Assembly (NCBI GenBank): GCA_038496445.1
Contig: JALMLS010000105.1
Span: 1-64,000 of the forward strand
DNA: 64,000 bases
Direction of reading: 5' to 3'
Source of the DNA: Trichosphaerium sp. ATCC 40318
Lineage: Eukaryota; Protista; Tubulinea
The notes under the pieces were generated by a model. It ran no database searches. It saw nothing but the letters and a program-made list of their open reading frames with translations, and had not been told where the DNA came from. This document shows, piece by piece, positions 12,732-26,123 of this stretch. Within the stretch, counting starts at the first letter, position 1, and every line of letters starts with the position of its first letter. The position numbers were made by a program, and so were the translations under genes.

Positions 12732-13306
12732 TTATGATAACTTCTTGCGTCTTTTTTTTGGAAAACAAGGCAGCCGTCCAGTTAGTACATCATACCACAT
12801 AACAAAATCACCTGCATATTAAAACTGAGCACGTGATATCTAACTAATAAAGAAATTATATACCTGCAAGACTGTATAGAGGGTACGTAAAAGTTGCAGG
12901 ACGATTCTTTTCAACAAAGAAATGGCCCACCCAAGCAAAAGAGTATCTAAAAAAAACAACCAAATTAGCAGGATCTGCCAAAAAAAAAAAAGAAAAAATA
13001 TAATCGTCTCTTACCCCAGAAGCGGTAAAACATATATACGATGAAACTGTAGCGTGAAGATGATATATAGAGCGAATAAAATTACAAGAGAAGTACCAAC
13101 AACGTGAAGGAGCCTAGAAATTTTGGTAATGTCAGAAATTGGATTTGGTTCCAAATTACCAAGAAGAAAGTACCTGTTAAGACCATTTTTATGCTCTGAA
13201 AGGTAGAAAGGATAAAATCTACGAAATGACTCGAATTTCTTTGCTCTAATGAACAACGTTACTAAGGTTTAAGCTTTGACATGTAGTACGGCTTGGTAGA
13301 TGACAT
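12732..13306 (-). CDS. Mpo1/DUF962 family membrane protein
   Basis: FESFRRFYPFYLSEHKNGLNR|LLHVVGTSL...GYSFAWVGHFFVEKNRPATFTYPLYSLAG|DFVMWYDVLTGRL. Confidence 0.9.
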
Positions 13307-13460
13307 TGACCACTTATCTCTTATGTAATTAACCGTTTACGCTATAAACCACGTGATGACGTGCAAGTAAATTTGATGACGCTAAGGTAATAGCATTTAG
13401 CCGAGAATACCAGCCAAGAAAGTCAACTGAAGTGTTTTTACAAAAAATCAGTTGAGCACC

Positions 13461-13956
13461 ATGAGCAACCCTGCAATGTACGTTATTCTTTGTTATTAAA
13501 TATGCTTATAAGTATACGAAGTGTACCATCACTAGCACGGCTTCGTGAGATGGAACAAGTAAGTAATACGTTAATACGCTCTGTAAAAGTACTGCAGAGG
13601 CTTACTTTGGCGTAGAAAGTGCAACAACTGCTTCAAATAGCAGGTAATACCTGCCAAGCGCTTCAAGAAGCAATACCACCTTCCAAGTACGATATTGAGG
13701 CCAGTAGAGCCAAAATAGAAGGATACAACGCCCAATACCTTCAAACAATACAAGTACATCAAAATTATATTACAACTTCTTTATTCTCACAACTGTGGCT
13801 CACCAGGAGATACGTGGTGGTATGTCTAACGCAATTCAATCGATCAACATCCTCAACAATCCCACACGCCACTCTGTCTCGGCGTACGGGCCTCGTATTG
13901 ATAGCGAGATAGAGACACTGTCGCGACACGCACAAATCGACTCTACCAACCTGTAA
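13461..13956 (+). CDS. MED11: Mediator complex subunit 11-like
   Basis: Spliced about 110 aa: RLREMEQ..VQQLLQIAGNTCQAL...YLQTIQ|EIRGGMSNAIQSI...HSVSAYGPRIDSEI, matching the Med11 helical pattern. Confidence 0.7.
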
Positions 13957-14044
13957 CGCCAACTTGTAGAGCGTACTGGCCGCGGTTTATTTGAAAGCAC
14001 AAAAGGGAACTTAACACTTTTTTTTTGCAAATCTGTTGTCTACC

Positions 14045-16491
14045 TTAAGTCCCTTCAAACTCATAAAACTAAACGACCATAAACGCAATGCTTTGGAATA
14101 TTTGATAAATACGTACAAGGAGATATGGAGAAGCCTCTATAACTTCATCTGTATCCACCAACTCGACCCTAATGGAGTTTAAGTTAAACGCGTAAATGTA
14201 ACATTAAAAATAAAAAATTGTCAAAAAAAAAAAAGAAAAACCAAAACCTACTTGGAGTCATTGTAGTGATACCACGTCTCTTCTGTAACATCTGCATCAC
14301 TTGTAGTGTCAACTTCATCATTAGCACAATATGACGTGTAATGACCAGAAGAGAGGCGATTACCATGGTGCACAACAACACCCTTTAATCTGTAAGAATT
14401 TGGCTCTTCTGACTCTTCCATATCATCATCTTCCTCAACTTCGATGTAAGGCGCCATATCTAGTTTCATAGGGAAAGAAACATTCGTTTCAATCTTGCGT
14501 AGTCCCAGCTCCGTCCTATACAACATAAATTTCTTCGAAACATGACTTAAAATAGTTAAGTACCAGCAAAACCTCTTTATTACAATGACAAGTATCTACG
14601 CGAAACAAGATTAGTACCAATCACCTCCAGGACAGTTTTAGTATACATACCTTTGGTAGTTGTTGAATGGCGAACTGTTTCTTGGCGTCCGTTCCTATTT
14701 TACATTTTTCGCATTTGTAAGACCCAGATTCTAGGTCTTCGCTTTGTACATAGTCACCTAGTAACCTATCCAATTCAACTGTTGGTATGGGCTCTACAGG
14801 TTTTTTACGGCGCCTCCTTGACCTCCCAGCAGCTAGTTTACGCTTCTCAATGGGGATGTCTAACACAAGCTCTGTGTGGAAGACCAATTAGTTCTAGAGT
14901 CCAATTAATTGTGATTTGCGTACCCCTAAATGGTTCTTCTGTTGTGGAAGTATTTTCACAACTGACACACTCAATCTAGTCAAATCAGTAAACTGAATGG
15001 CGGCAGAATTTAATTGTTTTTTGAAGAACAACAAAAGTAAAAAAGTTGAGTACTCACTTTACTAGCCATTGCTCCTTGGAATAAACGGTCTATTGGACTC
15101 ACATTAAGAACCTCAGTTTCTGATGTTGTACTTTCAGAATTCTCTTCATCACGTAATTCACAATCAAGTTGTTCAAGTAACGAACACAAAAACTCCTGAA
15201 CAGAAAAAAAAAAATGAGTTCCTTTTTCTAAAAAACAGGAAAAAAAAATTCTTGTCGTGGCCCCCTTACCTGACAATCTTGTTGCTCGTGGTTTCTAAAC
15301 TTTGGTACTGCACACCAAATAGCTAGTAAAAAAGTGAGAACACAAGTAGTCCAAGATCCTGAAGGAAACGAAGCGTACATTGTAGTAATGAATACGGTGT
15401 AACCACGCTATACTTTCCGCTCCATATTATCCGCATCAGATCATGTAACGCAGCTGAGACTGGTATTTTTCCTTTTGTCTTACGTTTACGTGTCATACTC
15501 TTGAAGCAATCTATTGTAGCACGCCTTCTAAATGTTCTATTCGTTTGTGTACTTTCTTCAGGTAAATTCAATATTAACTCTCTAAAACACTTTGTATTGC
15601 TTAGAGACTGTATAACACTGTTCATAAAGCAAGTATTCCCAAGATTCCTTAACCCAGTTTCCCCTGGTGTGAAACTACGCGCACGCGTAAACAAAAAATG
15701 TAGGCAAAAATAAATTCTGTGTACCTTACTACAAGCCGTTTCTTTCCCGTCGCAGCTTTCTTTTTGCATGCTCTTGGTTTTTTAGCTTTGGTCACTTTTC
15801 TCTTTGTGTTCTTTCTAACTATAACCACCTTCTTCTTCGCGCGTCCAGTCTTTTGTCGCTTTGCTGGAGGAGCTATTTCTTCGCTAGCATCACTATCTTC
15901 ACTCTCACTCGGAACTTCGTCTATTTCTTGCCGTTTCCTTTTCCTTACTAATACTGGTGGTTCTGCAGTGGATGATTCTGACTCTGCATCGGCTGATGCG
16001 TCTTCCATTGAAACATTATCATTATCCGCATCCGTTTCTTCCATTGAAACGTCGCTATCTTCTTGAAATATCCTCGTTGTGAGCCTTTTTATGAGTGCTG
16101 GTTTTATCCCTTCAGATGACAATTTGCGTTCTTTTAAACTAGTACAACACCTCTATTAGATACCTAGTACTAATACTAAACAATATAAACATACGCTGCA
16201 CGAAGTTGACCAACTGTTAGTCTGCTCAGCTTCCTTCTAGCATTATCGGCATCGGAACCAACAGACAACCACTTTGCAAACGCTTGCTTGAACCGTAGCT
16301 TCTTCCTGAAGGATGTTTGTAAAAAGGCCACCAAGTAACGTCCTCCGACCTCGCTATTTTCTATGAAAAAAAAAAAAAACGTACCAGTGGTCCAGGATAG
16401 TCTGTAATTTGTCCTGTGCGTCAAACTCCTCTTTGGGTATTTTAAATATTGCGGAATCTTTTAGCGATCGACGTGTATTCGTAGGAGTCAT
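14045..16491 (-). CDS. Ubiquitin-specific protease (USP44/49-like catalytic domain) with an N-terminal SAP-like motif
   Basis: Cys box TPGETGLRNLGNTCFMNSVIQSL; His box YRLKGVVVHHGNRLSSGHYTSY; WYHYNDSK; start codon uncertain. Confidence 0.9.
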
Positions 16492-17331
16492 CTGGAGCTT
16501 CTCTTGACCTGAAATAAATGTGAAAAAGACAAAACCATAAACTCCAAAAACAAAAAAAAAATCAATCGGATAAGTTGTGCATTGCAACAAGGGTAATTGA
16601 TAGTAACCAAAAACAAATAAATTTTTCTAGCACGTGCGTAGTCTATCACAAAGAGAGCGTAATGATGAATTGCACGAAACGTCAAACGTCTTCTCACACA
16701 CGTAACTAGAGAACTAATTTAAGCTTTTTCTTTAGTTTGGTCGTATTTTAGGGTACCAGTAACATTTTTCTTCGCTCAGTTCAAGGACGACATGGTGCTA
16801 ATAAGGTTGAGCGTAATGATACCAGTATAGGGAGTATTTAAACAAAATTGATTGGATGGTTTACGTTCGAGTTATCAGTGTAGTGGTTAGCGCTGCACTG
16901 CTCGCAACCGCCAAACCCACAGCTGAGACAAACTGAAACTTCCACAGTTGATTGGCATTCTAATTATGGTTAATATAATCAAGTCTACGCGCTAGCGTAC
17001 TGTCGCAACCCCAAGAACATGGATTTAATATTTTTGGTTTTGCTGCTCTTGCAATGCTGTTTGGGACATGACAACACGCCTCTGTCATAGTATTTAATCT
17101 TTAAAGTCGTCTTGCTACTATGCGTCACGTAATAACAATACCACTTAATATTCTCTGAAGAAATGTCTCGTACGAACGCAAAACGCGATTAAAGGTTTCC
17201 CTACCCTCTCTTTGCGTAGCAAATATCGATTTTCTGTACTTTGATCAGCAAAAAAATAACAGCAAAAACCAACAATGGTCAAACACCGAAAAAAATTCTT
17301 TTCAACAAACCTCCCCTGTTAAACGCACGTT

Positions 17332-19328
17332 ATGCAGGCTTTGAACTCCGTGCCATTGGTACCGCAAGCATCCATCTGTAAATGCTGCGCTACAAAACTG
17401 TGTGGGTGTTTTATCGGTCAGGTATTTAAAGCCTGTGGTAAGATAGCCAAGAACCCTGTGGTCGCTCGTATGATATACGCTGGTCAGTTATTGTTCGTGG
17501 CTGGTATGGCTTGGTTAATTTCTAATTTGCCGTACTGGTCCACTGGACAACGCGCTTGGCTCAAGAAACTACCTGGTATGTAGTAATTTTACAAAAGTGG
17601 CGGAATTTGCGTTTACAAATCGTGTAGGCCTTCGCCAATGTGACGAACAAGCAAGTACCGAATGCTACGGCGCTATGGGTGTTTACAGATTTATGTCCGC
17701 CATCTGTGTAAGTATTCATTATTTTGTCGCAACGCATTATTTTAAACATGTGTAAACGTCATATACATTTTCGTTTCGTTTTTTCATGCGTAACTTTTAA
17801 TCCCAATTTACCCGAGCATTAGGTATACCATTTGTTTTTCATGTTGACATTAATAAAAACAAAAACTATTGATGATTGCAGGTGCGTTTGAGTTTTTTTA
17901 CAAGTGGACCTCTACTCGCCTTCACGAAAATACGTAAACCGAAAATACAATACTAAACCTAGTATTTAGACACTCAATGCAACACTCTTGGTGGACTCTT
18001 AAAGCCGCTTTCTTGATTGGATTGATTGTACGTTCAAACGCCAAAAAACAAAAAAAAAAAACTGTTATTTGTTGCTTAATTACTTCTTAGGTTGCTGCTT
18101 TCTTTATTCCAAATTCATTCTACCATATTTTCGGCTACATCGCTCTTGGTGGATCATTTATTTTCATCCTCGTCCGTCTTCTACTCTTGATCGACTTTGC
18201 ACAACGCTGGAACGATTCATGGGTTCGCCGTTACGAAAAAAACAAGTGCTATGGTGCTCTTCTACTCGGTACCACTGGTATCCTCTACGCAATTGTTGTT
18301 GGTTTGTCAGTTGTCTTGTTGGTACGGCACAGAAAACAGAGAAAAAAAACTGTTTTTTTATTACAATTGTACTCAGGTTTTTTACTCACTTGCTCCCTTA
18401 GACTCTCTTCACAAACTTTGGTGTATCCCAGTGCACTTTGAATACAGTAACTCCATTTGTGAACTTGGGATTGATTGTACTCTTTTCTATCCTTTCTATC
18501 AGTTCTTGTGTCAGGAAGGCTGCTCCTCATGCTGGTCTCCTCCAATCTGCAGTTGTTGGTGCGTAGCATTTTAGATAACCTGGATAATTCCAACTACGTG
18601 CTCATCTTGCTTGTTAGCCTTGTATGCCACTTACCTCGTATGGAGTGCTATCAACAGTGAACCAAACGCCACCAGAGACGTATGCGGATCAATGACCACA
18701 CCATCAATTTCTGGACCTCACTTTTTCGCTGCTGGTTCCCAAATCTCCCTCATCATTGGTGTCGCATTCACAATGCTCGCTATTGCCTACGGTGCTTTCA
18801 GAGCTGGATCATCCTCCGAAAAACTCAAGGTACGCTAGCTCGCGTCTATATCCACTAGCGCCGCAACTCGCGCCGCAACTCCCTTACTTAATGGTTTTTA
18901 GGAGGAAGTACAAGGTTCTTTGTTGATGGACGATGAATTGGCTACTATTGCTGAAGGCAACATGCCACCTGCAACTAACATCCAAGAAGTTTTGGCGAAT
19001 CAACGTAAAGTCAAGTACAACTACGCGTTTTTCCATCTCATCTTTGCTACTGCTTCAATGTACCTTGCAATGATCCTAACGAACTGGCAAATCATTAAAC
19101 CATCGAATGCCGACCACAGCGTGTACGTGGTCTTTTTTCGCCCAACTGATTTTCGGGCTTTTTTTTTTTGATGGCTTTTCTTGCTCACAGTACTGTTTTA
19201 GCTATGATGTAGACAAAGGTAATGTTGTATCCGTATGGGTCAAGCTCGTATCATCATGGGTAACCGTTGGTATTTACTTGTGGACTCTTGTCGCTCCTCT
19301 CTTCTGTCCTAACCGTCAGTTTAACTAA
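17332..19328 (+). CDS. SERINC: Serine incorporator (SERINC/TDE/TMS1) membrane protein
   Basis: LLIDFAQRWNDSW, LYATYLVWSAINSEP, YNYAFFHLIFATASMYLAMILTNW, SVWVKLVSSW..YLWTLVAPLFCPNRQF. Confidence 0.95.
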
Positions 19329-19830
19329 CTAAAAGAAAAAAAAGCCTTGCATGTCCACTTAAATGCTGCTTTTTTTTTTATCTTGTTACCACGATAAAAG
19401 ATACCTTGTTCCTCCCTTTTCTTTATAGTTTAGAATAAAATCTTTGTTTTGTACAACTGCATCTGTTATTTGTTGTTGGTTTTTACTTTTTTTGATTCCC
19501 TTTTGTAAGTAAGAAAACGTGCTCATAAAAACAATACACGCAGTCAAGTGTCCTAACTAACAAGAACGACTATTTTTGGGAAGCTACGATTTCCCCTAAC
19601 TTACGTAACAAACCCACTCAGCATGGGTTAAACCCAAGTCTAACTGAATAGGTAAACACCCGTACCTAGTGTGTAGTTTAGGATTCATGCAGAATCACTT
19701 ACTGAGGCTCAACAGATAGTATGATAGAGTTCTGTCCGTAATCGATTTTGTAACAAATTTGATTTACACGTGATTAATGTGAATAGTGACAGGATGAAGA
19801 AACAATAAAATACGAAAATTTTACTTTTAA

Positions 19831-20661
19831 TCATGAGATAGTACATTTGTTTTGTTGTTGTATATCATTAACATACTTGCACTCTTCTAGTTTCTGGCCA
19901 TCTTTGTCCCACTTTGTGTATTCTCCATGGAGTCTACCATTTACATAATGACGTTTCTCTACCAATGTACCATTAAAATGCCACACCTTGAACTCACCAT
20001 CAAGTTTATTGTTTTTATAATAACACTCTTCAATCAATTTATTATGATGCCACTTCTTTGCAATACCTTCAGTTTTATCATTAATATAATTAAGCATCAC
20101 TTCTCGCTTTCCATATTCACTCCACTGTACATACTCTCCATGTAGCTTATGATTAACATAAAAACATTCTTCTAACAAAAGACCTTTTTCATACCAACTT
20201 TTGTATTCTCCTTCACGCTTACCATTTACATAATAACTTACCTCTCTAGGTCTGCTATTTTTATACCAACTTTTACACTCTCCGTGTTTCTTGCCATCAA
20301 CAAACAGAAAGTGATCCAACAACTGACCATTGTTACTCCACCTTTTGTATTCTCCATCGCACTTGTCATTGACATAATTACTTACCTCACGCGGCTTTCT
20401 GTCTTTAAACCAACTCTTGTATTCACCATTCTTCTCACCATGTGACCAATAGACTTGACATAGTGTAGCTGCACTGTAAACATGTCTTTTAAGCCATTTA
20501 CCTTGTTTTTTCAAGTTATCATCAAATCTAGTAGCTGTTGCTGTTTGTTTCGATAGTAAAGGCCATTTATAATACAATTCGTGGTCTAAATCAATGATAT
20601 CAAGTTGTAACTCTGCTGGTAACCGCTTTAAATGGCATATAGCTGATTGTGTATTGTTCAT
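19831..20661 (-). CDS. F-box-like / MORN-variant (MORN_2, YwqK-like) repeat protein, intronless
   Basis: LKRLPAELQLDII, then about 8 units of 24 aa, GEYKxWYxNGxLxExxYYVNGK. Confidence 0.9.
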   Translation of the reverse strand: MNNTQSAICHLKRLPAELQLDIIDLDHELYYKWPLLSKQTATATRFDDNLKKQGKWLKRHVYSAATLCQVYWSHGEKNGEYKSWFKDRKPREVSNYVNDKCDGEYKRWSNNGQLLDHFLFVDGKKHGECKSWYKNSRPREVSYYVNGKREGEYKSWYEKGLLLEECFYVNHKLHGEYVQWSEYGKREVMLNYINDKTEGIAKKWHHNKLIEECYYKNNKLDGEFKVWHFNGTLVEKRHYVNGRLHGEYTKWDKDGQKLEECKYVNDIQQQNKCTIS

Positions 20662-20781
20662 CTATTTGTACTGCTTGTTAGACGTAGTTCTAGCGAGGTG
20701 TACAGTAATTTTGCAGCCAATAAGTCAGGCCAATTAAGTTTGTCCAATACAACTTTAACAGTTTACGCGTTAGTTAATAAC

Positions 20782-23101
20782 ATGGACGCAGCAGAATTTA
20801 GAAAGCGTGGGCATGAGCTCATAGATTTTATAGCTGATTATTTGGAGAATACAGCTAAAAAGTTCCCAACACCGAAATCAAGCGTAAAACCTAATACAAT
20901 CGTAGATGCATTACCTAAAAACGCCCCAGAAGGTAGTTGTATTAATTTATCCGTATTCAAGCACTAACACAATCATTTTAGCGCCAGAACCATGGGAAAA
21001 CATACAAAAGGATATAGATAGTACGTATACGTAATTTCAGCTTATTTTTTCAAAGTGACACGTTAACCTTTTAAACGTACAGATTTGATCGTTCCTAATA
21101 TTACACACTGGCAACATCCACGATTTTTCGCTTTCTTCCCAGCAAATAACTCATACCCTGGTATTCTCGGAGATTTATTGTCCGCAGGCCTTGGTGTACA
21201 AGGGATGATATGGGCTACATCTCCTGCTTGTACAGAGTTAGAAACGGCAAGTCAACAAAAAAAAACCTCAAACGAAAACTTTTCTGCTCTTTTTTTTTTT
21301 TTGACGCACGTGCTTTTTCCACTTTTGGTGATTTAACTGACACTAGGTTGTTATGGATTGGCTTGGTAAAATGATGAATCTCCCAGACGCCTTTCTGAGC
21401 GCAGAATCTAAAGGCAAAGGCGGTGGTGTTATTCAAGGAACTGCTTCTGAGACAACTCTTGTTAATCTTAGTACGCATTAGCAACCTAAAATTATTGTGC
21501 TCTGGTGACACTTGTTAATGAAAATTCTAGTCGCTGCTCGCCACCGTACCTTGGAAGCAAATAAAGATAAAGCCACCCATAGCAATGTAATCGTTTACAC
21601 TTCCGACCAAGCGCATAGTTCTGTTAAAAAAGCATGTATGGTTGCAGGTGTGCACCTCGATAACCTTAGGTATTGATATCTCCCTTCTAAAACCTTTCTT
21701 TTGGCTTTAGAAATAAGCAACGTAGTGTCTAACACAAACTATAGAGTATTAGAGACTAATGAGCTTGGTCAACTTATGCCTGAAACCCTAGAGAAGGCAA
21801 TACTGGTACGTTGAAGTTACAACAGTTTTAAGTCAGTATGTTATTCACTTGGTTTTACAGGATGATAAGTCTAAAGGACTTTTCCCTTGTTATACTGTTG
21901 CTACGGTAGGCACTACTGGTGTGACTGCTAATGATCCCATCCGCGGGTTGGGTGAAATAAGTACGTTGAGTTCACGTGATAAGTAAAAAAGTAGTTACAC
22001 CTTTGTTCACAGCTCAAAAACATAACGTTTGGTTTCATGTTGATGCTGCTTTCTCTGGTGCTGCATGTATATTACCAGACTTTCGGTGTCTGTTGGATGG
22101 TATTGAACTTGCTGATAGTTTCAACTTTAACCCTCATAAATGGCTACTTGTCAATTTTGATTGCTCTGCGCATTGGTAACGTCATAAAACTGCGCAAGAC
22201 TTATACATGGTTATAGGGTCAAGGATAGAAACGCACTCATAGATTCTCTTTCTGTTACGCCAAGTTACTTGAGAAACGCAGCAACAGATTCTGGTGCAGT
22301 AAGCCATTCTTGTTTTTGTGAACATTTTTGCTTTATCACGTGATTTTTTTTGAAAATGAAGTCTATTTTTTTTCTTTTTGTCGGTTTTTGTCACGTGTTT
22401 ATGACTTTTAAGGTAATTGATTATCGTGATTGGCAAATACCACTTGGTAGAAGATTCAGAGCTCTTAAATTATGGTTTGTTCTTCGTACATATGGCGTAA
22501 AAGGACTTCAAGATTTTGTTAAAAAACACATTGACTGGGCAAAAAAAGTGGAAGAATGGGTTAAAAACGATGACAGATTTGAGATTGTAGTGCCAAGAAC
22601 TACTGCAATGGTTGTGTTTAAGATTAAAGGAGGTGATGATGATTTACAAAAAGCCCTTGTTGAACACGTGAACAATAGCGGATTCTACATAATAGGCACA
22701 AAATTTAAAGGTACAAAAAAATACAATCACCTTTTGTTAAACATTTTTAACCTTCAAAAAAAACCACTAATTTTATGCGCTCCTCTGTGTCCCACTTGAA
22801 AAAGAAAACCCCTCAAAACTCGTCTATGACACACTAAAAGTATACATGAAACATTGATTGTATACAATGCCGTCACTGATACCAATCGAACCTAATATCC
22901 GGTTACAAAAATCAAGTCAGATTCCTAAAACTTTTGCTTTTAGGTAATTGGGTTGTTAGATTTATGATTGGTACTAGATCCACAACTTATGAGGTATTCA
23001 TATCTTTATTTTGAACAACACTATATAAACTACATTTTTAGGATGTTGAAGCACTTTGGGATTGCATCCAAAAAGGAACTGAAAAGCTTCTTACAAAATA
23101 A
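20782..23101 (+). CDS. DDC: Aromatic-L-amino-acid decarboxylase (PLP group II)
   Basis: [57 protein letters not shown] (PLP lysine), [23 protein letters not shown]. Confidence 0.95.
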
Positions 23102-23379
23102 ATTTATTGTAGAAACGTTTTCGAAGAAAATAAACAGAAATCACGTGATTACTTTACTTCTTTATCTACACCCGTAAGTTTCGTGGCAGATTTCCAAAAT
23201 GTCAAGTAAAATCCTATGGATTACCGGTCAGCTGCCACGAAATTCACAGCACTCATTAGTAAATTTTACAAAAAAAAATTTATTTTTCTTTTACACCTGA
23301 TCTAATGTTGTTTTCACTGGGTTTTTTTTCCCTTTCATGGACTCTTCTGTGTTTATAAGCCTTTTGATTGTACGAAATG

Positions 23380-24429
23380 TTAATAATAAGCTTGTTGTTG
23401 CCAATTGTTCCCTTGATTTGCTTGTAAGCTTTCATGCATGTACACTATTGATGTTCTTTTATCATTGACATAAATAAAGTGCGATAACATATAACCTAAA
23501 TGATGCCATCTCCTATGTTGTCCTACCTTTTTACCATTAACATAATACCTTTGCTCTATTTGTCGTCCATACTCATGCCACTCCTTATACTCTCCATGAT
23601 TCTTACCACAAACAAGTGTGCTGGTTAACTCAAGCTTTCCATTTTCGAACCATTGCCTAATCTTTCCATGTCCTAACCCATTAACATATGTTTTAATTAC
23701 ATGAATTTGTCCATTCTTATGCCATTGTTTGTACTCTTTGTCAGGTTTATTGTGGACAAAATACCCATGTACCATTATTTGACCATTCTCATACCATTTC
23801 TTCATCTCACCATGTAGCTTACCATCCACATAGTTCTTTTGTAGCCACATTTGTCCATTTTCAAACCAAAGTTTGTAGCTTCCTTCATTTAGACCATTAA
23901 TGTATTGACTTTGTTCTTTTTGTTGTCCATTCTTATACCACTTCTTGCACTCTCCATCAAGTTTTTGATTGACGTAAGTCTCCTGTACCTTTATTTGACC
24001 GTTTTTATACCATCTCTTGTGCTCACCTTCACGCTTTCGATTGATAAAAGTACTGTGCTCTTTTAATTTCCCGTCGTTGTGCCATCTTTTATTCTCTCCA
24101 TGGCGTTTACCATTTTTCCAGTACTGTTGACGTACAATTGTTGTAACTTGTTTGTTTTTAGGGTTATAACTTCTCTTTAACCATTTACCCTGTTTTCTCA
24201 ATTTGTAATCAAACCTTGTTGTTGTTGCAGTGTACATTGATAGTATTGGCCATTTTAAATACGCTTCAAAGTCTAAATCGATAATTTCAAGTTGTAACTC
24301 CACTGGCAGGTGTAACAAGTACGAATCGAAAGTATCAAGCTATTTTAAGCGTTAGTAAAAGATATCTCTTGGTATACGAGTATTTACCTTTGTTGATGGA
24401 GTCGTACTGTTAATAGCCGTCTTTTCCAT
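23380..24429 (-). CDS. F-box-like / MORN-variant repeat protein (one short 5' intron)
   Basis: MEKTAINSTTPSTK|LDTFDSYLLHLPVELQLEII; about 10 units of 24 aa; paralog of 19831-20661. Confidence 0.88.
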
Positions 24430-24751
24430 CAATAGAACAAATAGTAAGCTGTTGTGGTTGATTTGTTTGAAGTAGTTTAAAGAAAAAGTCTTGACATTTC
24501 AGTACTGGGGAGATTTTTTCTGAAAACGATCCTAATCGGCCATGTGATTTTTTGGAAAACGAAATGCCTTTGGGTTTTTTTCCTTCGTAGCACCTTCTAT
24601 TGCTACAGGAATCCAATGTAGCAAAGACAATGCCAAAGAGAGTCAATGCATAGACAAGGTTGATTGATATCAACTTGTCAAGTTCATTTTGAAACATCAA
24701 AAACAATGATACATTTTCGCAATGTCCGTCAAAGTGTTTATTTTACATTTT

Positions 24752-25306
24752 TTATAAGTTTTTGGTGTGACCGTATATCCCGAAATGCAAAATAGCTGTC
24801 AACCTACCCCACTCACTATCTTCTTTTAGAGGTATTTGAAGGGCATTACAAATGCATTTTGAAACCAAAGGTGAGATATCTTTTGGCTTCCAATCACTTG
24901 GAGATTTTTTATTCATCTTATTTATTTCAACTAGCTCCTCAGCGCCTCGTCCTTTCTCAGCTTTTTCAACCACAGAAGGCCATGTTGATACAATGTGTCG
25001 AATAAGAAGCTCTTTTAGCATTGTTACCTTGGCTGGCTCATGCTCATCTGCCTCATCCTCATCTGATTCAGAATCTGGTTCATCGTTTTGAAAGAATATC
25101 GGAAGACCGAATTTTGGTGTTGTTGGAGGCACACGCTTCTCTACTTCTTTTAATTTCCGTATAAGAGCTGCCTTGCTAGAAACACCATAATGTCGGTTTA
25201 TTTTTGTCATGACAGTGCAACAAACATGTGAGTTTGGCTTCATACTGTATTTTGAGTCTGGAAAGACTTCCTTGTAAGCCTTTTTTGAAAAAATTACTTG
25301 ATTCAA
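24752..25306 (-). CDS. Hypothetical protein with an acidic linker
   Basis: 184-codon open frame with protein-like composition, followed by AATAAA; true 5' end unknown. Confidence 0.5.
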   Translation of the reverse strand: MNQVIFSKKAYKEVFPDSKYSMKPNSHVCCTVMTKINRHYGVSSKAALIRKLKEVEKRVPPTTPKFGLPIFFQNDEPDSESDEDEADEHEPAKVTMLKELLIRHIVSTWPSVVEKAEKGRGAEELVEINKMNKKSPSDWKPKDISPLVSKCICNALQIPLKEDSEWGRLTAILHFGIYGHTKNL

Positions 25307-26123
25307 TCACGTGGGGTCATAGGGAGTACGTACTTTATTCAAGAATGGGAATTCGTTTTCGCGTATACAATATAGTGTACTGCATCCTCTTGTTGGCCTA
25401 TGTACGCAGCACGTCCTCTTCTGTAACGACAAAAGTGAGCGCAACTTAACGAGAATTCAATGAAACAAGAAACAGATCTTTGAAATTGGCCAATTTCTTT
25501 ACAGAAAGCCACTTTTATGCGCCATTGTTACCGTATGTGACTGCACCGTAGTCATATTATTTATTACTGCAAGTTAAAGCTGAAACGAAAGGTTGTTGAC
25601 GTTATTTTACGCTCAGCGCACTTTTACAGCTTTATTCGGTATTTATGGTCATGTACAACGCGAGGGGAAACAAATGTAGCAATAACGAACCTTTTTACGT
25701 GACTTCACATACCCGACAGGCGGTAAATTTCGTATACGTCGAGATTGGCGTGTACCCTCCATCACAGTAAGAATTACAATATTTTGACAGGTATTGACCT
25801 TTTGCTCATCTACCTCCGCAACTTAAACAGCTACACGTGATCGCATAGTGAAAAAAACAAAGCGTTGTTCTTATAGCCAAACTTGGGTCAACGACGTTGT
25901 TGCCAACCTGAATATTGAGCTGGCACTTACCTGGATGGCATTGAAGAGTCTTTTGCTAGGCGAGAAAGTGTAACATGACACAGACGCTGTTGGTAGTTTT
26001 GGACATCCCTTGAACTTCAATAAACAAAAGCTGTTTTTTAACCTTGAGTACACATCAAATCAAGTTACGCAGGCCAAAAGCTGGTGTTTTAAATAGGTAC
26101 AATCCTGTTATACTCAACAATAG

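Noticed and set aside
16860-16950. tRNA-like D-arm string CAGTGTAGTGGTTAGC
   Set aside because: No downstream T-arm (GTTCRA) or acceptor stem; no cloverleaf
19560-19740. Short hairpins (AACCCA/TGGGTT) in an intergenic gap
   Set aside because: Stems too short to exceed chance; no promoter or terminator context
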